Source of the DNA: Antedon mediterranea
Taxonomy: Eukaryota; Animalia; Echinodermata
NCBI RefSeq assembly: GCF_964355755.1
Contig: NC_092679.1
Span: 10,895,432 to 10,959,431, forward strand
DNA length: 64,000 nucleotides
Reading direction: 5' to 3'
The notes below the pieces were generated by a model, which was not told the origin of the DNA, made no database searches, and worked only from the letters and a program-made list of their open reading frames with translations. Position numbers and translations under genes: made by a program. Each line of letters starts with the position of its first letter. The stretch's first letter is position 1. Of the stretch, positions 24,347-36,559 are shown piece by piece.

Positions 24347-27300
24347 GGCCAAATAAAAAAAAAATACTTGTTAAGCGTCACACCCTCATAAATTTTCAGG
24401 GGCGGGGGGACGGTTTTTTTTTTTTTTTTTTTTTACTTTTTATGGAGGTATAATTTTGCGCGATGGACGTTTTGGCCCACTTTTTTTTAGGACGAAACGT
24501 CAAACTTTTAAAATGCGAAACAGAACAAAATTGACTATGTATGAAATATTATTGCTTATGACAAAATTGAGTTTTGTATTGTTTATATCCAGACGTAATT
24601 AAAACATTAAATTTAATTGCCACCGAGCGAAATTGTAGGCCCTAGGCTAATCCGTCCAAGCTGCCACCCCCGCCTCACTCATCGGCGGCCATGGTCCCAG
24701 TGGTGGCGCCAGCGGGGGGGCTACGGGGGCTCTAGCCCCCTCGTCGGGGAGCCTAGCCCCCCCGTCGGGGAACACGGGTACTTTTTGTCGGGGAATATAA
24801 TATACAGTAAAAAACGTTCGCGTTCACTTCATGCTTCAGCGCCTAGAAAACCACGACGTTCCATTGACCGTGAGAGTACGTCAGAGGGCTATTATGCACT
24901 TTTATGCATTCATTTATTGCCAGCGATCTAACTTACTACTAAACATTAGCTAGGTACGCACTTGTCTGGCGGTATCCCTTTGTACGAATCGTTCAACGTT
25001 GGGTCGAGACGCGTGATATCAAGTTCCATACAGGGACCAAAATGTGTAATGTAGTTATTTTCCAGGCGAAGTTTACCGACGGTTACCGAAGGGAACACGG
25101 GTACTTTTTGTCGGGGAATATAATATACAGTAAAAAGCGTTCGCGTTCACTTCGTAGCTAGCTTCAGCGCCTAGAAAACCGCGACGTTTCATTGACCGTG
25201 AGAGTAGGCCTACGTCAGAGTGATATTATGCACTTTATATGCATTCATTATTGCCAGCGACCTAACTTACTACTAAACAATAGCTAGGTTCGCACTTGTC
25301 TGGCGGTATCCCTTTGTACGAATCGTTCAACGTTGGGTCGAGACGCGTAATATCATGTTCCATCCAGGGACCAAAATGTGTAATGTAGTTATTTTCCAGG
25401 CGAAGTTTACCGACGGTTACCGAAGGGAACACGGGTACTTTTTGTCGGGGAATATAATATACAGTAAAAAGCGTTCGCGTTCACTTCGTAGCTAGCTTCA
25501 GCGCCTAGAAAACCGCGACGTTTCATTGACCGTGAGAGTACGTACGTCAGAGTGATATTATGCACTTTATATGCATTCATTATTGCCAGCGACCTAACTT
25601 ACTACTAAACAATAGCTAGGTTCGCACTTGTCTGGCGGTATCCCTTTGTACGAATCGTTCAACGTTGGGTCGAGACGCGTAATATCATGTTCCATCCAGG
25701 GACCAAAATGTGTACTGTATAGTTATTTTCCAGGCGAAGTTTACTGACGGTTACGTCGTGTACTGCGTCGACGTACGCTACACTACAGCAAAAACGAATT
25801 ATGTTAATTGTTCGTATGTTCACCAATTTTTTAATTTACAAGTAACCTTCTGTACCGTGGGGCACCTAAAATAAATTTTTCATCCATTACTAAACAAAAA
25901 AACATGCCATTTTCTTATTATAGCTAAGTTATTACATTTTCAATGTCCTGTATGTCATGAATTTCTCACCACTCGGAAGTCCAGATAAACAGTTTCTTAG
26001 CTCAGCCCCAACAATAAAGCTGGTCATATTTCGAAGTACAAGAAGTGCATTTTCCGCGACCTAACATCTCTATTTTTCAAAAATTTCTTAGCTCAGTCAC
26101 AACCATGATAGGGACTATTTTGTTTCATGTTTTGAAGTATATTAAGTCCAATTTCCGGGACCTCCAACTCTATTTTTCTAAATTTTCTTTGAACTTTTAT
26201 TTTTTAAATTGAAAAATATGGATTGAAACAGTCATCGCGCATCGTTTTTTTGCACGCAGTATTTTATTTATGCATTATAAAAAATGGAAAAAATGGCTAC
26301 CCTAAATCTGATTAAAATGACCTCAAATAACGCTAGAACGCGTTGCTTCCGGGGGCTTCGCCCCCTGGACCCCCACCGGGGGCCCTTGGCGGCCCCCTGG
26401 CCCCCAGCCTAGTGATGCTCGCTTCGCTCGCATAGCCCCCTCGTCGGGGAATGTAGCCCCCGCGTCGGGAAGATCCTGGCGCCACCCCTGCATGGTCCGC
26501 CGTCTCTCGCTCGACTCATCTATCCAGGAAATTCCCTATCGCGAGAAGCATGATGTTGGTCTCAATAATACTAAATTATAGTGGGCTGATTTTGAAAACA
26601 GCTTACGGCATTTCTTAAGTGAATTTTTATTCAACGTATTCATTCTTCTTTGATGAATCCGTTGCCAATTGCTGTGTAAATCAGTATTTAAAGTTGTGAT
26701 GCGAAAAGTGTGTGTAATTATTCCACAGGTAAACCAGGCATAATAAAACGCATCGTATCGCCGGGCCCATCGCCCAACAGGACCTCGTGGTGTGCCGATC
26801 TCGAGCGCGAGATCATGGTAAACAAAATTGGTAGAGTCCATTATGTATGGGGTGTTTCCTATTTACGAACCTATAAAAAACGCGTTTCGACCACTGTGTA
26901 GGCAAAATATTTATTTCAGTAATCCCTAAATTGATAATCGTGTATTCTGTAATCACGTGACTGATGATGTAATCCTCAGCGACGTACTAAATGCACGTGA
27001 TTTAATGTGTTGGGGAAAAAGCTTGCTGTTTACCACACATGATTCGCGGTGCTATTCGCGTTTCCTTGACGTAAATCGGCGGCGTGTAAATGAAACAATT
27101 GTTTTCACCAAATTGCCGTTGTCGACATAGAGCGATCGGTGGCTAGCTAGCGTGGCTAAGCTAAGAAGTACGTATTTTTCAAAAATTACACCAGCCTAGC
27201 AAACATTTGCTAGTTTTGAAATTTTCAACTAGCAATTATGAATAATCTACTAGCAAAATGCTAGTTTGCTAGCGCGAATTTTGAGCCCTGCTCTAGAGCT

Positions 27301-27427
27301 GGGCCGGGCCGCTAAACTTTCCGTTGTATAGGCCTATGGGTAAAAAAAAAATAAAAATAAAAAGAGAGGCGGCTGGATAATCAGGAGCGGGCGGTGACGC
27401 TTAACAAGTATGTTTTTTTATTTGGCC
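24347..27427. mobile_element. Non-autonomous DNA transposon, GGCC ends, TAA TSD (Zator or PIF/Harbinger type)
   Basis: ~33-bp TIR GGCCAAATAAAAAAA.ATACTTGTTAAGCGTCAC; TSD TAA at 24344-24346 and 27428-27430; removal restores VHL-IQSN. Confidence 0.88.
24698..26490 (+). mobile_element. hAT-type non-autonomous element, copy 1 (nested in the TAA-TSD element)
   Basis: TIR CAGTGGTGGCGCCAG / CTGGCGCCACCCCTG; 8-bp TSD CATGGTCC; three internal ~325-335-bp tandem units. Confidence 0.93.
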
Positions 27428-27575
27428 TAATTCAGAGCAATTTGGATATTGTCGCACTTACGGAAACTGAACTTTCCGTTTCTAATTACACATTATTTCG
27501 ATGCGATAGAGATACTGATAAACGCGGTGGTGGTATCCTGATGCTAGTGAATAACAAATTTACCTGTAACCGAGT

Positions 27576-29759
27576 CAGTGGGAAAGCCACTTCGCGTTTT
27601 GACCGTTAAATCGTGTAAAATCGACTTACTTCCGCATTGACGATTTTGAAGCGCCACCTATCGTTGAAAACTGAAACCACGATTTTTCGTCGCCTAGCAA
27701 ATAAGTGCTGTTTTATTTTAAGCTCTCAAGAATATTTAAGAACCGCCCAACATTACCTATTATGGTAAAAGCATTTCCTAATAAGTATAATTGAATAACC
27801 AATCGGTTTTCTTCAAAGAAACCGAAGCTAATACAATACATTCGGCGACAGAAGTCGGGACTCGTGAAATTTATAAATGTGGTACGATTTGACTACTGTT
27901 TTGTTGTCCATTTTCTGAATAGTTGGAGGTGCATCCCAACAAATTAAAAAAATTGTAATCAATTGTTTTATCAAGAATAATATTAGTTTAATCGAGTATG
28001 ATATATTTCTATCCTGTTCAAAATGTGTTGGTGTATTCTCAGGCCTCGAAAGGTAGGTACATTTTCTAGCTGTGAGCGTGGTTTCGGCAACGCGAGACAC
28101 GTGTGTCAGTATAGGCGATAGCGAGACGTGTGTTGGTACTGTGTTGATGCTGATCCGATAGTCGTTAAGTTGTACTGATTACGAGTATCATTGGTCCTGG
28201 CCGGCCTAGCCTGGTGATCTGATCCCCCCCCCCCCAAAAAATACTTTTTTTCAATCAGTATTAATATTATTTTATTTTTCATTTATTATTTGATTTATTA
28301 GGCTCAATAGATGCCTAGCTAGGCTACTAGTAGGCCTAGGCTAGATTATATAAATAATAATAGTAATTACTATAATTTAATTAATAAAATACAGCTTCCA
28401 TTTGCCTTACTTTTATGTCATCATATAATATTATAATTATATATACAACCAGGACATTAACATTTTTTTAAAATAATATTTATTATTTTTTCTGACACTT
28501 TCAGGAATCGTTGATGATGCAGAGTTCTTTGTCTTTGTGACTTCAAACTGAGAGTGAAGTGGATAAAAAGATGACACCGGTACCTACCGACATTGTCATA
28601 CCCAAACTATAATTTAATTATTTAAAACAAAATGTTGAATTACAAATATATATGTATGTTGCAGAGGATTTAGATGAATTACAATACAAATATTTATGTT
28701 GAATGCAAACCTACTACACTATACTCTGTAAATGATGTTATTGTCATGTGGTAGACCTTAAAAATTGAATATTTATTGTATGTTAGGCCTATTTTATATT
28801 TTAATAATACTCTATTAGTTTAATATTACTATTAATTTATATTATACAGTACTAGGCCCCTAGGCCTAGTTTGTACATGTTTTTACCCCAAAAAAATGAA
28901 TAAATAATTTGTTATTCAATCTAATTGCTTGTTTGTTCATCAATAACAAAACAATTGTAAGCAAGTATATAACAGTTCTTGTTAGCCGCTTATTTCAGGT
29001 CATATTATTAATATTAGCTAGGCCCGACGCGCCCGATCACAACGTCACTAAGTGACTTTCCGCCCCTGGAACAATCGCTCGCTAATAGGGCTAGGCCTCG
29101 GACTCGTATAAAAGCTATTATAATAGTTATGATAAATATTCCTCAACTAAAATGTTTACTGTGATAAATAAACAAGTAATAATATACGTTGTATTGGAAT
29201 GTATTTATTTATATGAATTCTTATACGCGGACAATTATAAACATCGCGTATATCGTTCGCTATAAATAAATTCATAAACACGATGACGATGTGTTTACAA
29301 AATGGCGGTTTCGCTAGTTTTCGATGGAACAAATAGTGGTACCTTTAGTTTGAATAGTCGGAGCTGCATCCCAACCACCGAATTTTGTATCTTAATATCG
29401 TATTCTGTAGATTATTAATTTTTCTAACAGGGATTTTAAATTCAGGACTGTTCAATTTTTCTAAATATTTTATTTTAATGATTTTCTAGGGTACAATTTC
29501 GGAAAAAAGACATTGGTTGATTTTGCCGTTAAATTACAGATTATCGTTTTGTTCAAATACATTTAATTTTACATGACAATATATTAAAACCATTTATGAA
29601 TTTATTTCACAAACAACATTTTTCCGATAATCAACTAAATTTACAAATATTGTGTTTTTCCAACACCCTAAAATTTAGCCATTTTGAACTAAATTAGAAA
29701 AGTAGGGCGCCCTCTCCGAGTCGAAATTTGACACGATTTGTCGACTGGCTGTCCCACTG
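27576..29759. mobile_element. Unclassified TIR element with 4-bp TSD
   Basis: TIR CAGTGGGA(A/C)AGCCA; TSD GAGT at 27572-27575 and 29760-29763; removal restores CNRV-ERLE. Confidence 0.85.
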
Positions 29760-29799
29760 GAGTGGAACGCCTAGAAAGTGATTCAACGGAGTTCATGTG

Positions 29800-31404
29800 C
29801 AGTGGTGGCGCCAGCGGGGGGGGGGGGGGGAGCTACGGGGGATCTAGCCCTCTCGTCGGGGAGCCTAGCCCCCCCCCCCCGTCGGGGAATACGGGTACTT
29901 TTTGTCGGGGAATATAATATACAGTAAAAAATGTTCGCGTTCACTTCATGCTTCAGCGCCTAGAAAACCACGACGTTTCATTGACCGTGAGAGTACGTCA
30001 GAGGGCTATTATGCACTTTTATGCATTCATTTATTGCCAGCGATCTAACTTACTACTAAACATTAGCTAGGTACGCACTTGTCTGGCGGTATCCCTTTGT
30101 ACGAATCGTTCAACGTTGGGTCGAGACGCGTGATATCAAGTTCCATACAGGGACCAAAATGTGTAATGTAGTTATTTTCCAGGCGAAGTTTACCGACGGT
30201 TACCGAAGGGAACACGGGTACTTTTTGTCGGGGAATATAATATACAGTAAAAAGCGTTCGCGTTCACTTCGTAGCTAGCTTCAGCGCCTAGAAAACCGCG
30301 ACGTTTCATTGACCGTGAGAGTACGTCAGAGTGATATTATGCACTTTATATGCATTCATTATTGCCAGCGACCTAACTTACTACTAAACAATAGCTAGGT
30401 TCGCACTTGTCTGGCGGTATCCCTTTGTACGAATCGTTCAACGTTGGGTCGAGACGCGTAATATCATGTTCCATCCAGGGACCAAAATGTGTACTGTAGT
30501 TATTTTCCAGGCGAAGTTTACTGACGGTTACGTCGTGTACTGCGTCGACGTACGCTACACTACAGCAAAAACGAATTATGTTAATTGTTCGTATGTTCAC
30601 CAATTTTTAATTTACAAGTAACCTTCTGTACCGTGGGGCACCTAAAATAAATTTTTCATCCATTACTAAACAAAAAAACATGCTATTTTCTTATTATAGC
30701 TAAGTTATTACATTTTCAATGTCCTGTATGTCATGAATTTCTCACCACTCGGAAGTCCAGATAGTACGCACGCATACACTTGGGAGGAATAAACTTATTT
30801 CCCCGACTGAAAAAGCTCTACGCTTGCGTTTTTTAAGCCTCTAGGCCTGATGTTTCCAAAGTATAAAATGCAATTTTTTGAAGACCTGCAGCTCTAGTTT
30901 TAAACAGTTTCTTAGCTCAGCCCCAACAATAAAGCTGGTCATATTTCGAAGTACAAGAAGTGCATTTTCCGCGACCTAACATCTCTATTTTTCAAAAATT
31001 TCTTAGCTCAGTCACAACCATGATAGGGACTATTTTGTTTCATGTTTTGAAGTATATTAAGTCCAATTTCCGGGACCTCCAACTCTATTTTTCTAAATTT
31101 TCTTTGAACTTTTATTTTTTAAATTGAAAAATATGGATTGAAACAGTCATCGCGCATCGTTTTTTTGCACGCAGTATTTTATTTATGCATTATAAAAAAT
31201 GGAAAAAAATGGCTACCCTAAATCTGATTAAAATGACCTCAAATGACGCTAGAACGCGTTGGGGGCTTCGCCCCCTGGACCCCCACCGGGGGCCCTTGCC
31301 GGCCCCCTGGCCCCCAGCCGGCCTAGTGATGCTCGCTTCGCTCGCATAGCCCCCTCGTCGGGGAATGTAGCCCCCGCGTCGGGAAGATCCTGGCGCCACC
31401 CCTG
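29800..31404 (+). mobile_element. hAT-type non-autonomous element, copy 2
   Basis: Same TIRs as copy 1; 8-bp TSD TTCATGTG; two internal tandem units; removal restores TEF-MWIEI. Confidence 0.93.
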
Positions 31405-31644
31405 TTCATGTGGATAGAGATTCAGCTAAAGCGGCGTATTAGCCTACTTGTTGGATTATTCTATAGACCACCGAACGCTACACTCGATGTCCTCCGTCGT
31501 TTTACTTCGTCTGTGGAAATCGCTATGCTCTACTACAAAAACAGTGAATTCCTCATTCTTGGAGATTTCAACCTGACCGAAATTAATTGGAGTAGGAACC
31601 CTTATTCTGCTCCAGCTCAGTCCATGGGAGAACACTTACTTGAA

Positions 31645-33251
31645 TCCAGAAAAATACAAACAGTTAGTATACACAGTCTAATTGCATAGTAACATGGGAC
31701 ATCTTGGTCCAGAACGAGTTGTACATAATGGCACGAGAGAGGTTTTATTGGCCACATATGGAAGCAGAAATAGAGCATTATATCACCAAAGTCTGCCGAT
31801 GTCTGATCCAGAAGAAACCAGTTCGTATAATTAGAGCTCCTTTAGTCAATATCATTACGACTCAGCCCTTTGAACTTGTTTCTATCGATTATGTACACTT
31901 GGAAAAGAGCAAAGGCGGATATGAGTATATTTTGGTGATAATGGACCACTTTACTCGATTTGCGCAAGCATATCCGACAAGGAATAAGAGCGGGAAAACT
32001 GCAGCCAACTTAATTTTCAATGACTTTATATTGCGATTTGGATTTCCAAAGACATTGCACCACGACCAGGGTAGGGAATTTGAAAATCACTTATTTACCA
32101 ATCTGGAAGCTTACTCTGGGATCGCACATTCACGTACCACACCTTATCACCCTCAAGGCAATGGCCAAGTGGAAAGGTTCAATCGAACGTTGCTTGGAAT
32201 GTTACGAACCTTGCCAGAAAACCAGAAAGACAATTGGAAGGAATCACTCAATAAAGTTGTACATGCTTATAACTGCACCCGCCATGATTCAACAGGGTAC
32301 TCACCGTTTTATCTACTCTACGGCAGACCTCCTCGTCTACCAATTGACATTGCCTTCGGGTTAGACAATCAAGACGATGGAAAGACTGTTAACACACGAG
32401 AGTATGCACAACGATGGAACCAACAAATGAGAGAGGCCTATACATTAGCCGCAGAGAGTTCCAACAACAGTGCCAGAAGAAGTAAAACTCATTACGACAT
32501 CAGAGCCAAAGGTGTACTTTTATTACCTGGTGATCGTGTACTTGTTCGAAGGCTTGGGAAGACAGAAGGTCCTACCAAATTACGAGCATACTGGGAAGAT
32601 AATGTTTATGTTGTAGTTGCACAGAAGAGGAACGATATTCCAGTCTACGAGGTAAAGCCAGAAATTGGTAGTGGACGGCATCGGGTTCTTCACAGAAACC
32701 TACTTTTGCCATGTGACTGCCTTTCAGATGACTTCAATCCTAGTGTGGCACCGAAACAACAGAAACCTAAGACTACTACACCTTTGCGTAAAAAGCCCAC
32801 CACCCCAGAATTAGTAGCACACGCAAATACACAGCAATCAGAGGAAGATGGGTTGTATACCACCAGAGCAGAGGATGATACTGACAGTGAGGATGAGGAG
32901 GTAGCAATGACGGTAACGTTTGTCAATCAACCTACAAGTAATGTGGATGTACAGGATGACATAGCTACAAATTGCAGTGAAGTACAGGATGCAATAGCAG
33001 CCATTCCGCCGGTAGTCGAACCCCCAGTTGTAGTCGGACATCCGGTAGAACCTGTTCCAGTCAATGTCGAAGTGGATGTACCTGCACCAACTAGACCAAC
33101 ACGAAATAGGAGACCGCCAGAACCACTACAGTATTATACTTTAGGCACTCCACAATGGCCACCGTATGTAAATATGATCCACGCGCTACCCCCACAATTT
33201 CCAGTTTATTTTTACAATACGTACCTATCTAACCCACAACTTAATATTTAG
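31645..33251 (+). pseudogene. Ty3/Gypsy integrase (5'-truncated element)
   Basis: HHCC finger (LHSNMGHLG...CRC, frameshift near 31725), DDE core (VSIDY, HDQG.EF, ERFN), YHPQGNG, GPY/F-like KLRAYW; long open frame. Confidence 0.93.
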
Positions 33252-33763
33252 AAGTACATAATTATCAGAAAATGTTTGTAATGATATGATTGTATAGATG
33301 ACCAATTTCAGTTTGTTTTATTTATCCAGTTATAGTAGATTTATTTTTGAACATTAATTAACATCTAAGAAGATACTGTTAGAAGATGTGCACATGTAAG
33401 AAGAGATGAGCGTGCACATGATAAGAGCAGCTACTACAGGATTGTTGTTATTATACAACGAATGTCACACTTTATCGGGTGATCTGTTCTACGACAACAT
33501 GTTCTCTTGGAACCTGATCAATTTCAAGTGGACTGCAAAGCCCGGAAGCTTAACATGAATTTGTTTTGTTTGTAAAGACATTTCTTTTCTATAAGTGGAC
33601 ATTTCTTTTTATTTAGTAGCCTGATATAGGAAAATAATAATTGTGCAGTATTTGTTCTTACAACTGGATATCTTTATTTAAAAATAGTAGACTCATTGTT
33701 TATGGTTAAGGTTCCCTTTTAAGTTATGATGTCGGGGACGCCATCACATTGGCGGGGGGAGAG

Positions 33764-34518
33764 TGTAAGCAGCACAGAAATTAGACCCCTATAAAAATTA
33801 GACCCCTATAAAATGTAGTTCAAAGACCTGTGGAGTATCACATGACCTCCTTTGCATCTAAGGTTGGGTCTCAGGAATTTGACTTATCATTAAATAGTCA
33901 GATACTGAGACACCAACAAGTGCATTTACGTCGTGTGTTATTTCACAGGTGAGTACATTTCTTTTCATTATTTTAGACTTTATATACTTTTATGTTTAAA
34001 TGAAATACTTTTGTCTACTTAGACAAGTATTAATTTAATCTTTTATTATCGTTTATAGATGTAGAATAGAATGGTTTAATGTATAACCTGAATCATTATA
34101 ATAGGATAAATGATTATGATTATTAATTATACATATCCTATGATAGGGACTATAATGTATTGTAATTCTCTATGTTAACTAGTAACTTTTGGAACTGTAA
34201 ACATACATTATTATAATATTATAAGCATATGTATATGATAGTCCCATATCCCCCTGCACTGAGTTAGTGACCTTGTTAATAGAGTACAAGGTATACAGGG
34301 GTATGCTACTGAAACTGGAATGTTGCTATGGTAACAGAGGTCAGTAGGCTGTTTAGGGTATGCATGTCTCAAGGGTACCATCTATCAGTTAAGTTAAGTT
34401 GATGTATAAACCCAGATGTAATTTGATTTGAGTTACGATTAAATAGTCAGATACTGAGACACCAACAAGTGCATTTACGTCGTGTGTTATTTCACAGATC
34501 ATTTTGGGACCCGTAACA
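33764..34518 (+). repeat. 3' LTR of Gypsy element
   Basis: PPT GGCGGGGGGAGAG (33751-33763), then TGTAAG...CGTAACA, after which LINE coding sequence resumes. Confidence 0.75.
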
Positions 34519-36559
34519 CAAGTCAAATAATCTTCCTTCTGTCATGAGTAATGATAACATTTCATTCCAGTCTAATTATGATAAAGCTACCACATTTAAT
34601 TCTTATTTTCATTCTTTTTTCAGTGAGCCTTCTCCGGACGTTCCCTGGGACTATCCAGGTCTTCCTGACTATCTGTGAATCAGCATTCTGTGGAAAAGGC
34701 ACTTAGTAACATTGATATCAATAAAGCTACTGGCATTGATCAGATTAGTAACGTTGTCTTAAAGGGTGCCTCCTCCTCACTCTCTTATCCGCTTTGCAAA
34801 TTGTTTCAGCTATCTTTTAATTCTGGGGTTTTTCCTTCATCTTAGAAACACGCTAATATTGTCCCAATTCACAAGAGTGGTCCCAAAAAACTAATCTGTA
34901 ACTATTGTCCTATTTCGTTATTGCCTACTATGTCTAAGATTTTTGAGCGCATTGTGCATGATGGTTTGTCATCACAGTCCTAGGCAGCATGGTTTTGTCT
35001 CTGGGAGATCATGTCAAACCAACCTCGCACTGCTTCTTGCTACATCATACGATGCAATTAACAGCAAGAAGCAGTGCGATGTGATTTACACTGATTTCTC
35101 TAAGGCTTTTGATTCCGTTTCCCATGATTTGCTTATTTTTAAACTTTCAAAATAATATATTAATATAAAAAGATGTGAACGTTTTAAAGCCCATCCTAAA
35201 AGTTAGTTGAGAATAATAACCAACTAATAATGTTGGTGGAAGAACATTTGTCTTGTCTGGAATCAATGAAGATGATGTAGCTGACGCTGTGCAGAAATAC
35301 TAATAATAAAAGATGATGATGAGAATACAAAATACAGTAATAAATAGCAAATGATAGTAGTAGGCCTGTGTTTAACTTGAAAAAAGGTGTCAAAATCATT
35401 AATAAAAACTAATTAATAAAGGTAAATCAGCAAATGTGTTTACTTTACTGTAGTTTTGTATTTTTCTCAATAAATTAGTGACGTACAAAGCTGAGGGTGG
35501 GGTGGGTTACTATTTCCAAGTACCTAGATTAAGTTTAGTAAGCTTCTACAGTAATCTACACCAAGTAAGTTTGTATGACAAAATGTTATCAAGTACATGC
35601 AAACATGATGTTATATTTCTTTTTAAACGGATGAATAGAGATTATAATTGAATACATTGACTATACAAGATTGTTTTTTTAACTTGTTTTTGGTCGAAAA
35701 TAAATAGAAAATAACATTGGAGCATGTTAATAACATGTAGTTGATAACATTTTATATAATAAAAACTATATGTTGACAGACACTAATAGACCTACGCTGT
35801 GGACAACACTGATGCAGTGTAATACAACTTTGGATGTTACAAGAATTATGGACAAGAAAATCAACAACTCCATCCATAAACATCATCATGTGCTAGGGTT
35901 CTCCTAATTCATTTTTAATTCATGTTTAATGTAGTAAACCTCATAATTATGGCAGCCTTCATCTGTAGCTGTATGTATTAGATAAAAGCAGGTGCACACA
36001 GAATTGAAGACAACTTTTATAACTTTATTTCATCTTTGATTTAATTTAATGACAAATTAAAATAAAACTTACAAAATACTAAAAAACAAACTGTAAGGGA
36101 AGAGCTTAAATTAATTCAAAATAATTATTTCTTATAAAAGGTAACACATTTAATAGTTTAACCTGGAAAGGCTAAAGAATTAAGGCCTATGTAAGCATCT
36201 ATGTAACGTTTGTTAAAAAATGTCATTGAATACAAGTCCTGGCCAATCATTCATGCAACCAAACACTATGGAGCTGCTGCTGTATAATGTTGATGAGTTT
36301 CAAATGAATAGGTGAATACATTTAGACTTCTACTTCAGTATGCTCATTCTATGAAAATGCTCCTTCAATGACAGTCCAAACAGCAACACACTGTGGGTAG
36401 AAGAATATTGCAGGATTTAACCAGGTTTCACAATAAGCATGTTAAGTGTTCATTTAATTGACTGCAAACATTAAAATTGTATCAATAATACTACTAAAAG
36501 TACAGTTGTTTAACAATAGTTACTTTTGGTTTTTGCATTTGGGTGTATAATTAAATATG

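Larger units (their letters stand above)
23895..35154 (+). mobile_element. CR1/L2-group LINE with 2A peptide, fragmented by nested insertions
   Basis: Pieces 23895-24346, 27431-27575, 29764-29799, 31413-~31645 and 34519-35154 join as 2A-APE (YYQNIRSL, IVALTET, FRCDR..RGGGI, YRPP, GDFN)...linker (KA.TFNSYF)...RT (PIHKSG, NY.PISLL, QHGF..GRSC.TNL, DFSKAFDSV.H). Confidence 0.92.
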
